DNA from: Octopus vulgaris
Lineage: Eukaryota
Assembly: GCA_951406725.2 (NCBI GenBank)
Contig: OX597817.1
Span: 53,568,001-53,632,000 of the forward strand
Direction of reading: 5' to 3'
Length of the DNA: 64,000 bases
Below are positions 50,396 to 63,321 of the stretch, piece by piece (within the stretch, counting starts at the first letter, position 1; every line of letters starts with the position of its first letter). The translations under genes were made by a program, and so were the position numbers. The notes beneath the pieces are model-generated. The model saw only the letters and a program-made list of their open reading frames with translations, was not told the DNA's origin and ran no database searches.

Positions 50396-51165
50396 TATTT
50401 ATATGGAGAGAAATCAGGGTGGAGACTGCTGCCAAAGTAGCTTGTGGTTTGAAGGTACGTAAATAAAGTCGTTCTTACCTTGGCTTGCAATGGGATACCA
50501 CTGACAGATTGTTCAATTCTTAACACGTGTTGTCATGACCTCTCAATCGCCACATCTCGCCACTAGCATGAAAAAGAGGGTAACTTCTTCTCACTTTCCA
50601 ACGTAACATCATCATCTCTTGCCCCTTCTGGTCTTCCTTGCACCACATTGACTAATCTCTATGGTAACTCTCAACACTTTATGTATCTCGGTACCATAAC
50701 AAGGGAAACTGTAATCTCCCAAGTACTTAGCCATCAAGTGAGTCTTCGCCAGTTGTTTGCCTTGCATCACACCATAAATTGACAGTCTTTGCTCTACCTA
50801 TTGCTTTCAGAGTCATAAACTAATTAAGGCAACAATCTTAATTTGTTCCTTCTCACACTCTATATAATTAGTGTGTGTGCGTGTGTATGCGTGTATGTGA
50901 TTATATTGTACTTTATTTCACAAATCTGTTGTTAGTTTATTCCATTCAGTTTTAATTGTGTTGCCTGTGTAATTATTTATTATTAGTAGTAGTACTATTA
51001 TTATTATTATTATTATGACTATTATTATTATTATTGTGTTGCTTTCAATTTGCAGTCTTTGTTTTATCATTAAATCACTCATTTCAATGTTCTTATCATC
51101 GTACCACCACCTTCGTACTGTCATTTCTGCTATTATGGCAGGTACGTGGATGTTTGTATGAACGT

Positions 51166-51208
<43 letters not shown>

Positions 51209-51575
51209 CACACACACATATACACGTACAGACATGCACACATGTTCACAAGCATGGAACATTCATGCAGTTAGCACATTATACATGTGCATTCATACAT
51301 GATCATACATATATTTATAAAGTTTTTTTTTTCTTTTTGTATTAAACTGAAGCTGGCCTTTTGTCTTCTGATCTAAATTTCGTGCCACTGTGATCTTTAG
51401 GCAAAACCTTTCGGATGATCTTCAGGTGTTCTGCCTGAAGTTCATGGTGGCATGAAACTTGGGTTGTGGGACAATCTCTCAGCTTCAGTTTTAATTAAAT
51501 AAACCATATCCTCTACATGTAATTAGCACCCCTTTATCATTTATTCAACAATAAACAACATACACACACAGATAA

Positions 51576-51634
<59 letters not shown>

Positions 51635-51723
51635 TATATATACACACACACCGGAGTAAGCACATAAATGTGAAACAAGGTGGGGAAAAAGAGTACTCAA
51701 ATACCAGAGGTAGAGTAATATGT

Positions 51724-51882
51724 TTTATTTAAAAGCAGCAGAAATATAACAAAAGCTGTTACTCAGAGTTTCACAATCCCGTTCGTCGGACAGATTTGTT
51801 ATTTTAACAAAACTGTCCGACGAACGGGAATGTGAAACTCCGAGTAACAGCATTTGTTATATTTCTGCTGCTTTTAAATAAA
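51724..51882. repeat. Near-perfect 159-bp palindrome containing two opposed hammerhead-like motifs
   Basis: 78-bp arms, 3-nt loop at 51802-51804, 4 mismatches counted by hand. Confidence 0.9.
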
Positions 51883-52304
51883 GTATATATATATGTATAT
51901 ATATATATACACACACACACACACGCACACCCAGGCAAGGCCATTCACTGGCTGAATTTATTGAGAAGATGCACATGTACACACATGCATGTAAACGTAG
52001 ATGTGCACATACATGTACAAACACACGTACACACTCACACACACACACGAGCATTCATCATCATCATCATCATCACCATCTCTAGCAGTGTATTTCTGCC
52101 TCTCACCTCAACCATTAACCATGTCGCTTGCTGATAACATCTTCCAGTCTCCACCACCACCACCTCATAACACTACTGCTATGACCACAACCCACTGCGC
52201 ATGTGCGTACACACCACACACACACACACAGAGAGACACACACACACACAATAACAACAACAACAACACCACCACCACCACCAAGAAAATGCCCCTGTTG
52301 CTAG

Positions 52305-52463
52305 TAGCGTACAATGTCCGGCCCTTTGTACTTGATAAAGGAAAGTCTCTCGGAAGCGGCAACAAAATCACTCCTACTGGCAACCGAAGAACCACAAAGC
52401 TAGGGCTTTCATCATCATCTCCTTCATCTGCAGCACCCCCTCCTCCTCATCAAAACGACAAAG
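52305..52463 (+). CDS. LRCH: Candidate exon (AYNVRPFVLDKGKSLGSGNKITPTGNRRTTKLGLSSSSPSSAAPPPPHQNDK); 5' boundary uncertain
   Basis: Strong donor AAG|gtatgt in phase 1, as the chain requires; acceptor ctAG|tAG has a weak pyrimidine tract. Confidence 0.5.
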
Positions 52464-54299
52464 GTATGTATGTTCCGTCAGTATGTTTGTATGCTGTGGT
52501 CGGGTTCTTCAACTTCAAGCAGTCCACCCATTGTTTGCTCCCTTGTTTTTATTTTCTTTCTTTTTCTTTTGATTCAGTAGTGGTGGTCACCTTCTTATTA
52601 CCAGGAATTACTCTTCCTCCTCCTCCTCCTCTGGCTTTTACTCCTATTTACAATCTATTTGCAGCTTCTACCACCTCCACTTTTACTACTACCTCTACTA
52701 CTACTACTAATTACTTTTACTACTACTCTTACTACTACTACTACTACTGATACTACTACTTCACTACTTTTGACTGCTGTGATGCCTTCTCCTCTTCCTT
52801 CCTTCCACCTTTCTCTTGCTACCTCATGCCCCTTCATCTTCTCTGTTATCATCCTCTCTCAAAGACCCCCCCCATACAAAACCCAAACTAATCCACATCG
52901 TTTTCATTACTAACATATGTACACCATACACTGCTACCAGTCTCTCCCACCCACCCCACAAGCACATTATTTATTTAATACAATGAGGATGCAATTAGGA
53001 GTTTTAGCTGCTATTTTTAACGAGTTGAGCTACCACATTGGTATGTCTGTCAATTCTCAGGAATAATACTTTCCAAACATGGAGTTTTGACCCCGTCGTC
53101 TTCCTGTTTTGTCCTTAAAAAAAGGTGTAGAGACACAACTGTAGGCTAACAATTCCTCAAACCAGTCTATGATGGAAAGCATTTTTGCCATGACCATCCC
53201 ATCTGTTTTAATTAGGCACAGTGAATAATATAAGTCCTCTTTCTTAGGATCGTAATAAGATCCGAAGTGCTTTTGGTTGCTATTTCTAGCAGTGTTGATC
53301 AACCATGTAGTGCAGTGGCTCTCAACTGTGGTTCACATGTGCCTGGGGGGGACGGTCTATATAAGAAAAGAAGGGTCCCTATAAAAATTTGATGTATGTT
53401 GATTAACTGGAAGTTTAAAGGACTGAATATATTTTAAAGGACCTGTCTATAAAGACAACTGGAAAACAAAGGCAAACGGTGGTACTTTGCAGAGAGTAGG
53501 TATCTCTGTACTTCGTGGATATCTCAGCTTTTGAAAATACTACTTATGTATTTCAGGTATATTCAGCCAGTGTTCATTCAACTACATATTATATTGTCTC
53601 AGTTCATTAGAACCCTCCCCCCTCCACCTGGATGAGTGACTTATCTCTCCCCTCATTGTTTTCCTGGTGTTCTTGAGAAATGCATGAATGGCTCAGCATT
53701 TTCAATCCTCTTCCAAACTCCTTCTCTTTCATTCAAATCCCTTTATTATTTTCATTCTGTCCCTCCCACCAAAAAAAAAAAAATACCTTCTTCGCTTTCA
53801 TATATATATTTTCATTTCCAGTTATGTCACTGCAATCATCATCATCATCACCATCACCTCCAGCATCAACATCATCATCATCACAATCATTGTTGACATT
53901 GTTGTTGTTCCTATCTCCGCTTGCTGCCCACCTCTCCTACTTTCACAACCACTGCTTCACACAAGGGTCGGTGGAGAGATGCAGCTACTTTATATAGTCT
54001 GTGCCTCCCCACAACTCTTGTGAACCCTTTTTTTTTACTTTTGCTTTTTAGTTAGTATTTAAATTTTTTTACCTTTGTTTTGGATGATATTTTTGGTTTC
54101 ATTCAGCATGATTTTGTTACTGTGTGTGTTTGTATGTGTGTGTGGTTAAGAGTCAGCACATTACTGTTTTTCTGTGTGTGTGTATGTGTGTGATCACATC
54201 TGCATGTTACTGTGTGTATGTGTATGTGTGTGTGTGTGTATGCATGATCAGACTGTATTCTCTTTCAGTTGACTTGGATGAAAGTTTTAATGATTTTCT

Positions 54300-56030
54300 T
54301 TGTTTGATTCTGAGTTCAAATCACGCTGAGGTCAACTAAGCCATTCATCCTTTTGGCATCAATAAAATAAAATACCAGCAAAAGACGAAGATCAATGGTT
54401 TCGGCTATTTCCCTCACCAATTTTCTGGGCTTGTGTCTTCATTGAAAGTGTTGTTGTTATTAAGACATCCAGCTGGCAGAAGCATTAGTACGGTGTGAAA
54501 ATGTGCTTAGCAGCATTTCTTCCAGTTCTTTCCATTCTGAGTTCAAATTCTGCCGAGGTTGACTTTGCCTTTCATCCTTTTGGGGTTGATAAAATAAGTA
54601 CCAGTTGAGCACCTGGGTCGATGTAATTGACTTAACTCCTACCCCAAAATTTCAGGCCTTCTGCCAAAATTTGAAATCATTATTGTTGTTATTATTATTA
54701 TTGATCCCCTTGGAGGCAATCCCTTTCTCCTGTTGGGGTTATTATATATATTTGTTGTTGTTTATTCTGTTTTCTGTGTTTGCATTTCAGACTCTGCAAC
54801 CCCCTATTTTTTTTGTCCTTGTAAACATTGCCTGAACCAATACCCTTTTGGCAAGAAAAGAAACCATTAAGGGATTAGCAGAACCCTTAGATTGTCTGAC
54901 TAAAATACCTTGCTGTAATTTTTTCAGCTCTTTTCGTTTGGTGCTTAAATCCTGCCAAGGTCTACTTTCCCCTTCATCCATTCAAGGTTGATGAATTAAG
55001 TACCAGTGATGTATTAGGGTTGATGTAATCAATTTTCTCCCCTCTTCTAAAATTGCTGGCTTTCAAACAATTGGCAAAATGCTTTGTGGCATTTCTTCTA
55101 GTTACAACGGTAATAAAATCTCCAGGTGATTTAACTGCACAAGTCTTTGATTGTGAAGTGGCTAAAAAATGTCAGCCGAAGGGCACCCAAGGGTCATGAC
55201 CTGGATTTAACCTGAGCCCCCTTAGAGTGTAAGAAGTTAAGGCCCCGAAATATTTGCCCAAGAGGAGTTTCTTCTCTGAAGATCTTCAGCTGTTCAGCTC
55301 CCTTGGGAGTTCCTTTGGACTGGTTCTTTATTTTCTGGGCTCAAATTCATTGAAGTCAATTCCCTTTCATCATTTCAGGGTTGATAGAATATTTTCCAGT
55401 GAAGAGCCAGAGGTTGATGTAGTTGACTCACCCAAGCCCCCCACTCAAAAAAATTGCTGGCTTTGCACAAGATTTTGAAACAATTAAAATGGCAACCCAC
55501 TGGCAAAGTCATTAGACAAAATAATTAGATGCATTTTCTTTGGCTTTGCATGTTTTGGGTGCAAATTCTGCCAAGGTCAACTTTGCCTTTCATTCTTTCA
55601 GAGCCCAAAACGTCTGCACGCTTGAACTGGGGCTTCTCCCTCAAAATTTCAGGCCTTGTACCCATAGTAGGAAAGAAAATAATTATTATTAAGGGTTGTA
55701 AAAAGGCGATGAGCTGGCAGAAACGTTAGCACGCTAGATGAAATGCTTAACAGTATTTTGCCTGTCACTACATTCTGAGTTCAAATTCTGCCATGGTCAA
55801 CTTAGCCTTTCATCATTTTGGGGTCGATTAAATAAGTACCAATTACACTCTGGGGTTGAATCCCCTCCCACAAGCTGCCCTTGTGACAAAAATTTGAAAC
55901 CATTATTAAGGGTTGTAGGGTATCAGATTAAATGCCTAGTGGTATTTATCTACAGTCATATAGTTTCTGAGTTCAAATTTCCCTAGGCTCAACTTTATTT
56001 TTCTTCCTTCCATGGTCAATAAAATAACTT
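54300..56030 (+). mobile_element. Tandem cluster of about 7 degenerate family-A SINEs
   Basis: Recurring ttctgagttcaaatt...gtcaactttgcctttcatc blocks at about 54305, 54535, 54950, 55340, 55560, 55775, 55965. Confidence 0.7.
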
Positions 56031-56586
56031 ATTGATTGTGTGGTGCATAACTTGATGGTTATTAGAAAACTAATTTTAATGACTCCCTGACTAGCTCCCT
56101 CTGCAGAAGGGCATATCTGCTCCCACATAACCCTTTTCTTCTATTTGTGTCAGTTTCATTTTATTTCTAGTTATATTCCAGCACCTGTGAAATTTCCAGT
56201 GGGTTTGAACCTAGTGCTCCAGGTATCACTAGTGTCAATCACAACTTGGTTCTTGAGACATTCTAATCTAACTTTGGAGTAATTCTCAGTTTTCAGGGAA
56301 ATCAGTCCTCCAGGGGCAATATTGTGGCACCAACACAAACACTTTGTCACTTCTAAAACATTCGTAGTTGTCTTTGTCAACAATCAAAATATCATACACG
56401 CACACACATATATATACAAATATGTGTATACAGATACTCACTGACGTGTATAACGATATGTATGTATAGGTTGCTGAAACAAATAAGTTTTATTGGTAAG
56501 ATACGTTTTGTGTAAAATGTAACCACCAAGAGATTTTTAAAGGCACGGAGCCTGCTGTAGTTTCTCTCTCTCTCTCTCTCTCTCAT

Positions 56587-56635
<49 letters not shown>

Positions 56636-58118
56636 GCAATAACACCGAAAACTGCATGAGGTTCCGGCAGGGGATGGTGGTGAACCCAGCTGTACCCCTT
56701 CACAACTTTTTCTCATTCTTTCTTCCTGTTTCTGTTGTATCAGTTATTCAAAGGGCCAGCCTTGTCACACTCTGTGTTACACTGAATCCCTCTGAGAACT
56801 ACATTAAAGGTACCGGTGTCTGTGGAGTGCTCAGCCACTTGCATGTTAATTTCACAAGCGGGCTGTTCCGTTGATCAGATCTACTGGAACCCTCGTCATC
56901 GTAACTGACGGAGTGCCACGAGTTACCCTACAAATTACAACTGTCCCTACACATTACTTCGTAGTTAAACCAAGATATGGAGTTCAAATCTCATGTGTCA
57001 TATTCTGAGTTGGGTCCTTCTCTAAAACAACAGCTACAAGTTATAGTTTCAGTTGTGGATAGTCATATCTTGTGATGGACAATATTCCTCGTAAATAGAG
57101 TTAGTTATCAAACGAGAGAGAGAGAGATTAGACATTTCATTACACCTGATTATTACTGTTATATTCTCTCTCTCTCTCATTTCATGTTGCTGTACTGTTT
57201 GTTCATTTATGTGTGTATTTATGTATCTATGCCTATACCAAGCTGAAAGTTTACAGACCATGTCTGTATGAATGTACATATATGCGTGTGTGTATATAAT
57301 ACACATCTCTGATTCTTTGTCTTATTCATACATTACTCACACCTTGTTCTCTGTACTGTATTGTTAATAACTGATTATATTGTTACTACAAACCCACACA
57401 CATACACCTACATGTGTTACTATATTTGTATCTCTTTTTGTCTTTTTTTCTTCTTCTTTACCATATGTCTATGTAACACCAGGCCTTAATCGAAAAATTG
57501 GTAGGCATTCCTCTGTTTATTCCTTTATTATCTGTATTGTCTTTTGTAAAACAACCATCACTGTGTGTCTTCAACCGTGTCCAGCTGGACTTTCTCAGCA
57601 TTCGGGCATCATCATCATCACATTTATTATTATTATTATTATTATACTGGCTATCATTGTTGTCCTTGTATGGCACCAGGATTCTGAGTGGTCTGCCTCT
57701 GTCGGATTTGACTGCTACAAGTGATTGAGTGTGTGTGTGTGTTGCTTTAAATGTTTCTTGCTTTGTTATTGCTACTATTATTATTATTAGTAGTAGTAGT
57801 AGAAGTAGTTATTGTTTTCATTGTTAACATTAACAACAGCACACATCGATGCCGAGTCTGCTTTTACCTTCCAGTTCTGTTTTTGAGGAACTGTACACCT
57901 GTCTTGTTTGTTTAGGTATTTTCCTTTTTTTTTTTTCAAAATATCTGGTAGGTATTACTGTGTTTGTATGCGTCAGTGTGTGTGTGTACACATACTCCCT
58001 CTCTCCCTCTCAAAGGGTTGGGCAGCTAAATTGTGACTTTGTGCTGAGAAGTTTCAAAATCTCTAACTAAGGGATGTGAAAAGATAGAAACCTGAAACTT
58101 TGTATGTTGGTTTACCAT

Positions 58119-58493
58119 TGGCGGCGAGCTGGCAGAATCGTTAGCACACTGGGCAAAATGCTTAGCGGTATTTCGTCTGCTGCTACATTCTGAGTTCAAA
58201 TTCCGCCGAGGTCAACTTTGCCTTTCATCCTTTTTTGGTCAATTAAATAAGTAGCAGTTACGCACTGGGGTCGATATAATCGACTTAATCCGTGTGTCTG
58301 TCCTTGTTTGTCCCCTCTGTGTTTAGCCCTTTGTGGGTAGTAAAGAAATAGGTTTGGTATTAAGAAAGGCATCCAACTGTAGAAACCATGCGAAATCAAA
58401 CAAATGGAGCCTGGTGCAGCCGCTGGGCCTTGCCAGCTCCTATCAAGTTGTACAACCCAAAACAGCCTGGCAAACAGGCGTTAAATGATGATG
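58119..58493 (+). mobile_element. Family-A SINE (58119-58352) directly followed by an RTE-family tail
   Basis: Both families recognisable; ends ggcgttaaatgatgatgat. Confidence 0.75.
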
Positions 58494-58854
58494 ATCTCCT
58501 CAACAGTTTCAATCAATTGAATTAAGATGTGGAAGGATGGGTATACCTGCTTTTCCCCCCCATTCATATTTACAGACCTGAAATCCTTCCCGTTAGCAGA
58601 CTCGAATTTATTGGCACTGCCATGATACATTGTTCTTAATGATGCCATCCCTGCCATATCCAAAAGTCACATGGATTCAGATCTGTGGGGTTGGAAGGGC
58701 AGATTTGTAAAAAAAAACAGTGGAAGTTAAACACATTTTCAACGTTGGCAGAGTCTTGGAAATACTTCATTTGTTTAGTAATCATTGCATCAGAACTTCA
58801 CCAAAGATGTTTCCAGTACTCACTGGTGTTGATAGTATGAATTTCTTCAATATA

Positions 58855-59015
58855 CACAGACGTGGCTGTGTGGTAAGTAGCTTGCTTACCAACCACATAG
58901 TTCCGGGTTCAATCTCACTGCATGGCACCTTGAGCAAGTGTCTTCTACAGCCTTGAGCCAACCAAAGCCTTGTGAGTGGATCTGGTAGACGGAAACTGAA
59001 AAAAGCTCATCGTAT
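58855..59015 (+). mobile_element. Family-C SINE, 5' half
   Basis: Matches 11951-12120 and ends in (TA)n. Confidence 0.75.
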
Positions 59016-60361
59016 ATATATATATATATATATATATGGTAGTAAAGTGTTGCCTTTGTGTTCTCTGTATGGACTGTGATGTAATGAGGGATGTGTCCTG
59101 TGTGGTCTGTTTCTACCAGAAATATTTTGTCACAGTTATTCGGTAGCTCTAGAACAAAAAACCAAAAGCTAATATCTTGGATGCGTTAAATGTAAAGTAT
59201 TAGTTTTTAACTTATCTTAGTTATCAAGGCATAATATTAAGTGGTTTCAATTCAGCTGCTCAGCCCTGTGTGTGTGTGTGTGTGTGATTTTCAATAGCTT
59301 TCTGTTGTTGCTTTCGTAATTGTTTTGAATGTTGCAAAGGAAGGTGTGATAAGGGGGGAATGGATCTCTTCTTGCATGTCACGATCATTTCTCTCTCTCT
59401 CTCTCTGTCTCTCTCAGGTATGTAAATTGAAGTATAAGCAGACTAGATGTTACATTGGTTTCTATCCATCTCACACATGCATACTTATGTGTGTATGTGT
59501 CTGTGTGTGTGTATGTGTGTATATATATCTACAAAGAATGGAGATTTAGTTCACAAGTGATCTAAACAACTAGGTATGCTAGGTAAGTGCTGTAACAGAT
59601 TAGTAGGGCTCCATGGTTATAGCTGAGATGGTAGTTATGGAGCCATTGCAGATTTCCTGTGCAGCAGATATATAATCGTGAAAGAGGGCAACAGACGTTA
59701 AGGCAAGGCAAACATCTCAAGTTGTATATGTTATTTGTATTGGAAAAAAATTCTAAGTCTTACAGCTGTTTCTGGGATATCCCCAAAGTATAGGGTATTC
59801 TGTCTTCGGAGATAAATAGAGAAAATGAGAAGGGTATAGATTAATGAAATGACAACATAGAGGACAGGAATAAGATGATATATGTCTATATATCTTTATG
59901 TGTATACTGTCATCAAAAATTTTATAAACTTTTGAGAGAATGTGAAATAATTCCTTAATAGCATGCGTTGAAAATCTCTTTTGGATAGGGAAGATTAAAG
60001 GTTTCCCTGGGGCAGCCTTCAGCATCCTCTGTCCATGTTTAACTCATGCTATCATTTATAGCTTTGTGTGCGTGCTTCAAGTGGATTTGAAAAGCCCATT
60101 ATGTACATCTCCTTGTCTTTGCATCACATGAGAATTTTTGAGTGTTATCGTCATGCAAGTATTCTGTGAGGACATATCTAGGTGTGGGGAAATATTACTT
60201 TGCTTGCAAATAGGTAAGGGTTAGTAACAAGGGAGGGCATCTGTTCATGGAAAATCTGCTTCAATAAAACACCATGCAAGCATGACAAACTGGATGTTAA
60301 AGCAGTGATGATATATTTTCGAACAAGGGAATCTAGCACCCCCACTTAGCTCGAAACAATA

Positions 60362-60406
60362 TCTGTGTATCACGGTTTCCGGGTTACTTCCCTTCATCAA
60401 CACAGA
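60362..60406 (-). ncRNA. Degenerate type I hammerhead-ribozyme-like motif
   Basis: Minus strand tctgtg-TTGATGA-a-ggg-aagtaa-ccc-g-GAAAC-cgt-gaTA-cacaga; 6-bp stem I; two departures from consensus (C3 and stem III). Confidence 0.45.
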
Positions 60407-60842
60407 ATAATAGTTCGGCTAGAGGTGATGCTGCCAAATTCCTGTTTGAAATATATAGTTTTCAAAGTGACAACTTGTCACTGATCTATAAATTAAAAAA
60501 TTTCTATTACAGCAACATTCGTCCTAAGCCAGGACTGCCATGTTATGTTGGCAAAGAATCTTTACTACAAAGTACTGTTGCTGAATATCTCTCGTTGTGA
60601 AATTTAAAAAATAGTAATTTTTTAATATGTCCAGCCTTGTTATCAGTGTCCAGTAACTCTTGTGCTGTCTTATGTCGACATATCATCATATATTGAGAGT
60701 TTCAAATTTTGATGAGAGTATATTAGCTTGAAACTCTTGTTCTTTCATTCACTGATCTGGCTCCAGAGATATGAGCACTCTGTTTAGTTTTATGTCTTCC
60801 AGTTGTATAAACAATCCTTTGTGTGTGTGTGTGTCTTTGTAG

Positions 60843-60854
60843 AGGACTCTGAAG
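60843..60854 (+). CDS. LRCH: Candidate 12-nt microexon (EDSE)
   Basis: (TG)n-ctttgtAG|AGGACTCTGAAG|gtaaga; phase 1-1, stop-free between the 48111/52305 exons and 63322. Confidence 0.65.
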
Positions 60855-61847
60855 GTAAGAAATCAGAGTTTTGAAACCTTGATTAAAATCAAGGTTTTTT
60901 TGTTAAAATTTAACCCAAGAATTGTTTGCACATGATGTTGTTGATTGTAGGAGGATTTTGCAGATGAATCGTGAGAGACTAGATATTTGTGTGTGTTTGT
61001 GTGTGTGCATGCATGTCTGGGATAGGGGACAGGGTTATGTGTTGTCCCCAAAATCTATGTTGTATGCTATGTGCTAATGTCTGGTTATATTAATCCTATC
61101 ACCGCAATAACTATTGTAAACCAACCGTTGTTTGTATCACTAACAATAACAACTGTCGCAATGTTTTTAGCTCAGTTGATTTCATTACAGTACCAGTAAT
61201 ATACTTGGGTGAGTCCAGGTAATTCTACAACACAAAAAAAAAAAGGAAAAGCATCTCTCAACTGACTCTTGTCTATGTGGTAGTTGGTCAAAGATGACCT
61301 TTTTATAAACTGATTAATAATGCCTGCAGTCTCCAAGTAGATTCTTATTGGTTTTTTTTTATTGTAATTCTTTGTAAACGAATCAAAGAAATTGTTGTTT
61401 CTAACCTGTTTATTGTTGGATTGGCTTTCAACAGAGATTGGCTTTATACTGCCATTTAGCATGTATGGCTTCTAGTAGTCTGATTTTTAATTTTTTTGTA
61501 ATCTTCTAATTGCTCTCTCTCTCTCTCTCTCTCTCTCATGTAGATTTGTTTTCTTTGTTTCATTGACATATTTCAACGTAATTCAAAATCTCTTGTATAT
61601 ATTTATATTGAATAGCAAAATAAAAATTTGAAATGATAATTATAACGAACGAATGTAAAGATAGAACACCTACAAAAATCATCATTGCTTAGAACTTAGA
61701 ACTACAAGAGTCTTCCACAGAGTTTTTGAAGCATGATCAATAAACTAGTGTCACCATAGTCTGCTTCCTATGGGCAGCTGACATTTTCCATCATACCCAG
61801 CAAAATAAAGCTGAAACTTTTCATGAATGTAATAATAATGATGGTGA

Positions 61848-61897
<50 letters not shown>

Positions 61898-62439
61898 CTA
61901 TTATTATTGTTGTGGCGGAAACCTTAGAAAAATGCTTCATGGTATTTGTCCCCACTCTTTCAAATCCTTCTAGGTTGATAAAGGACCAATCAAGGGTTGG
62001 TATAATTGACCATTTCCGCCACTAAACTCTTGGCATTTTGTTTATGTTTAAGATACTTAGAGGACCAGAAGAAAAAAAAAAAACCTTGCAGTACCTCTTC
62101 CAGGCTTTTGTATGTTGCATGTTCAAATCCCACTGAGGTCTACTTTGCTTTCCATTCCTCCAGGGGCAACAGAATAATGTACTGGTCAAATACTGGGGTT
62201 GATTTACTCAACTAACACCTCCCCTCTCAATTTCAGTCCTTTTATGCCTATATTAGAAATAACTGTGCAAAGGACTGACAGAGCTGAAAAGAAACAAACA
62301 CACACACACAACACGACTGTCACACGAGTCTAATACATAAATGTTGACCAATCAATTTGTACATTAATGGATAGCCTTCTGAGCTACATTCCTACTTTAA
62401 AAACAAACTATTTTTATTACAAGTTAGAATAGACATAAT

Positions 62440-62921
62440 CATCATCATTGTTCGACCGTGGTCGAGACAATGGAATTTATCATGCTACGCCAGACCTCAC
62501 GGTCCATCTTAGCATTACAGAGGTCCTGTTGCTGGATGCCTGTATCCCTGGAGATTACATCAGGGTAGGAGAGTGTGCGTCCTCTGGTATCGCGAGTAAA
62601 TGGCTTCCAGAGGAGAAGAGTAGAAATTGCCTCGTTTTCAGCTCTACAACAATGTCCAGCAAACTGGACTCTTCTACCTGTCACAAGAGACGATACAGGT
62701 GGTAGTTTCCCATATATTTGTACTTTGGTTGGATGATGCCATCACGAGAGATTTTGAGCTCTCATAAGGAGGCAAGTGTAAGTTCCGTCCAACCGCCTCA
62801 AGCTTCTTTGATAACATCCAGGTTTTTGAGCTATATAGTAGAATTGGTTCGACTGTGGCTTTGAAGATTTTGAGTTTGAAATCTCTACTTAGATTTGATG
62901 ACCAGATCTTATGCATATCAT
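62440..62921 (-). mobile_element. 5'-truncated RTE/RTEX-like LINE, second family, with 12-bp TSD
   Basis: Frameshifted ORF end (KIFKATVEPILLYSSKTW; RRVQFAGHCCR...DREVWRS), short (TGA)n tail, aatagacataat at 62428-62439 and 62922-62933. Confidence 0.85.
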
Positions 62922-63321
62922 AATAGACATAATTCGCGAAACAGCTCCATACACTCTACACTTTCAAAAGTCTAATATGAAACCTGTCAAGTGCATTCCT
63001 ATGTTTTAAAATATAATTAAATTCTATTTAATCCTGATATATTCTCTGAGCATTTTCGACTTTCATTTCTTTTGTCTGTCTGTGTGTCTGTGCACATACA
63101 TGCATATACATGTTTTGTTTTGTATATTTACCATCTAAAATTTTTACTGATACCTTAATAGCGGGACTGTTCCCTGTTAAATTAATTATTTGATTTTGTT
63201 CTTTATTCTCGATTCTTTAATGTCGTTTGATTTCCTCTCTCCAACTCTGTTGCACCAAGTGCAGCACCAGTTGCATGACACTGCAGATAAGCATTAATAT
63301 TTAACTTGCTTCTGTTTACAG

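Noticed and set aside
50520-50810. Possible decayed LINE ORF end on the minus strand
   Set aside because: Too degenerate to translate or bound reliably by eye.
57680-57725. Exon-like segment after caccAG
   Set aside because: The required phase 1 hits TGA at once, and the donor gtgatt is poor.
58495-58830. Possible MULE transposase remnant (YPSFHILIQLIE)
   Set aside because: Resemblance rests on one short motif; it needs an HMM search.
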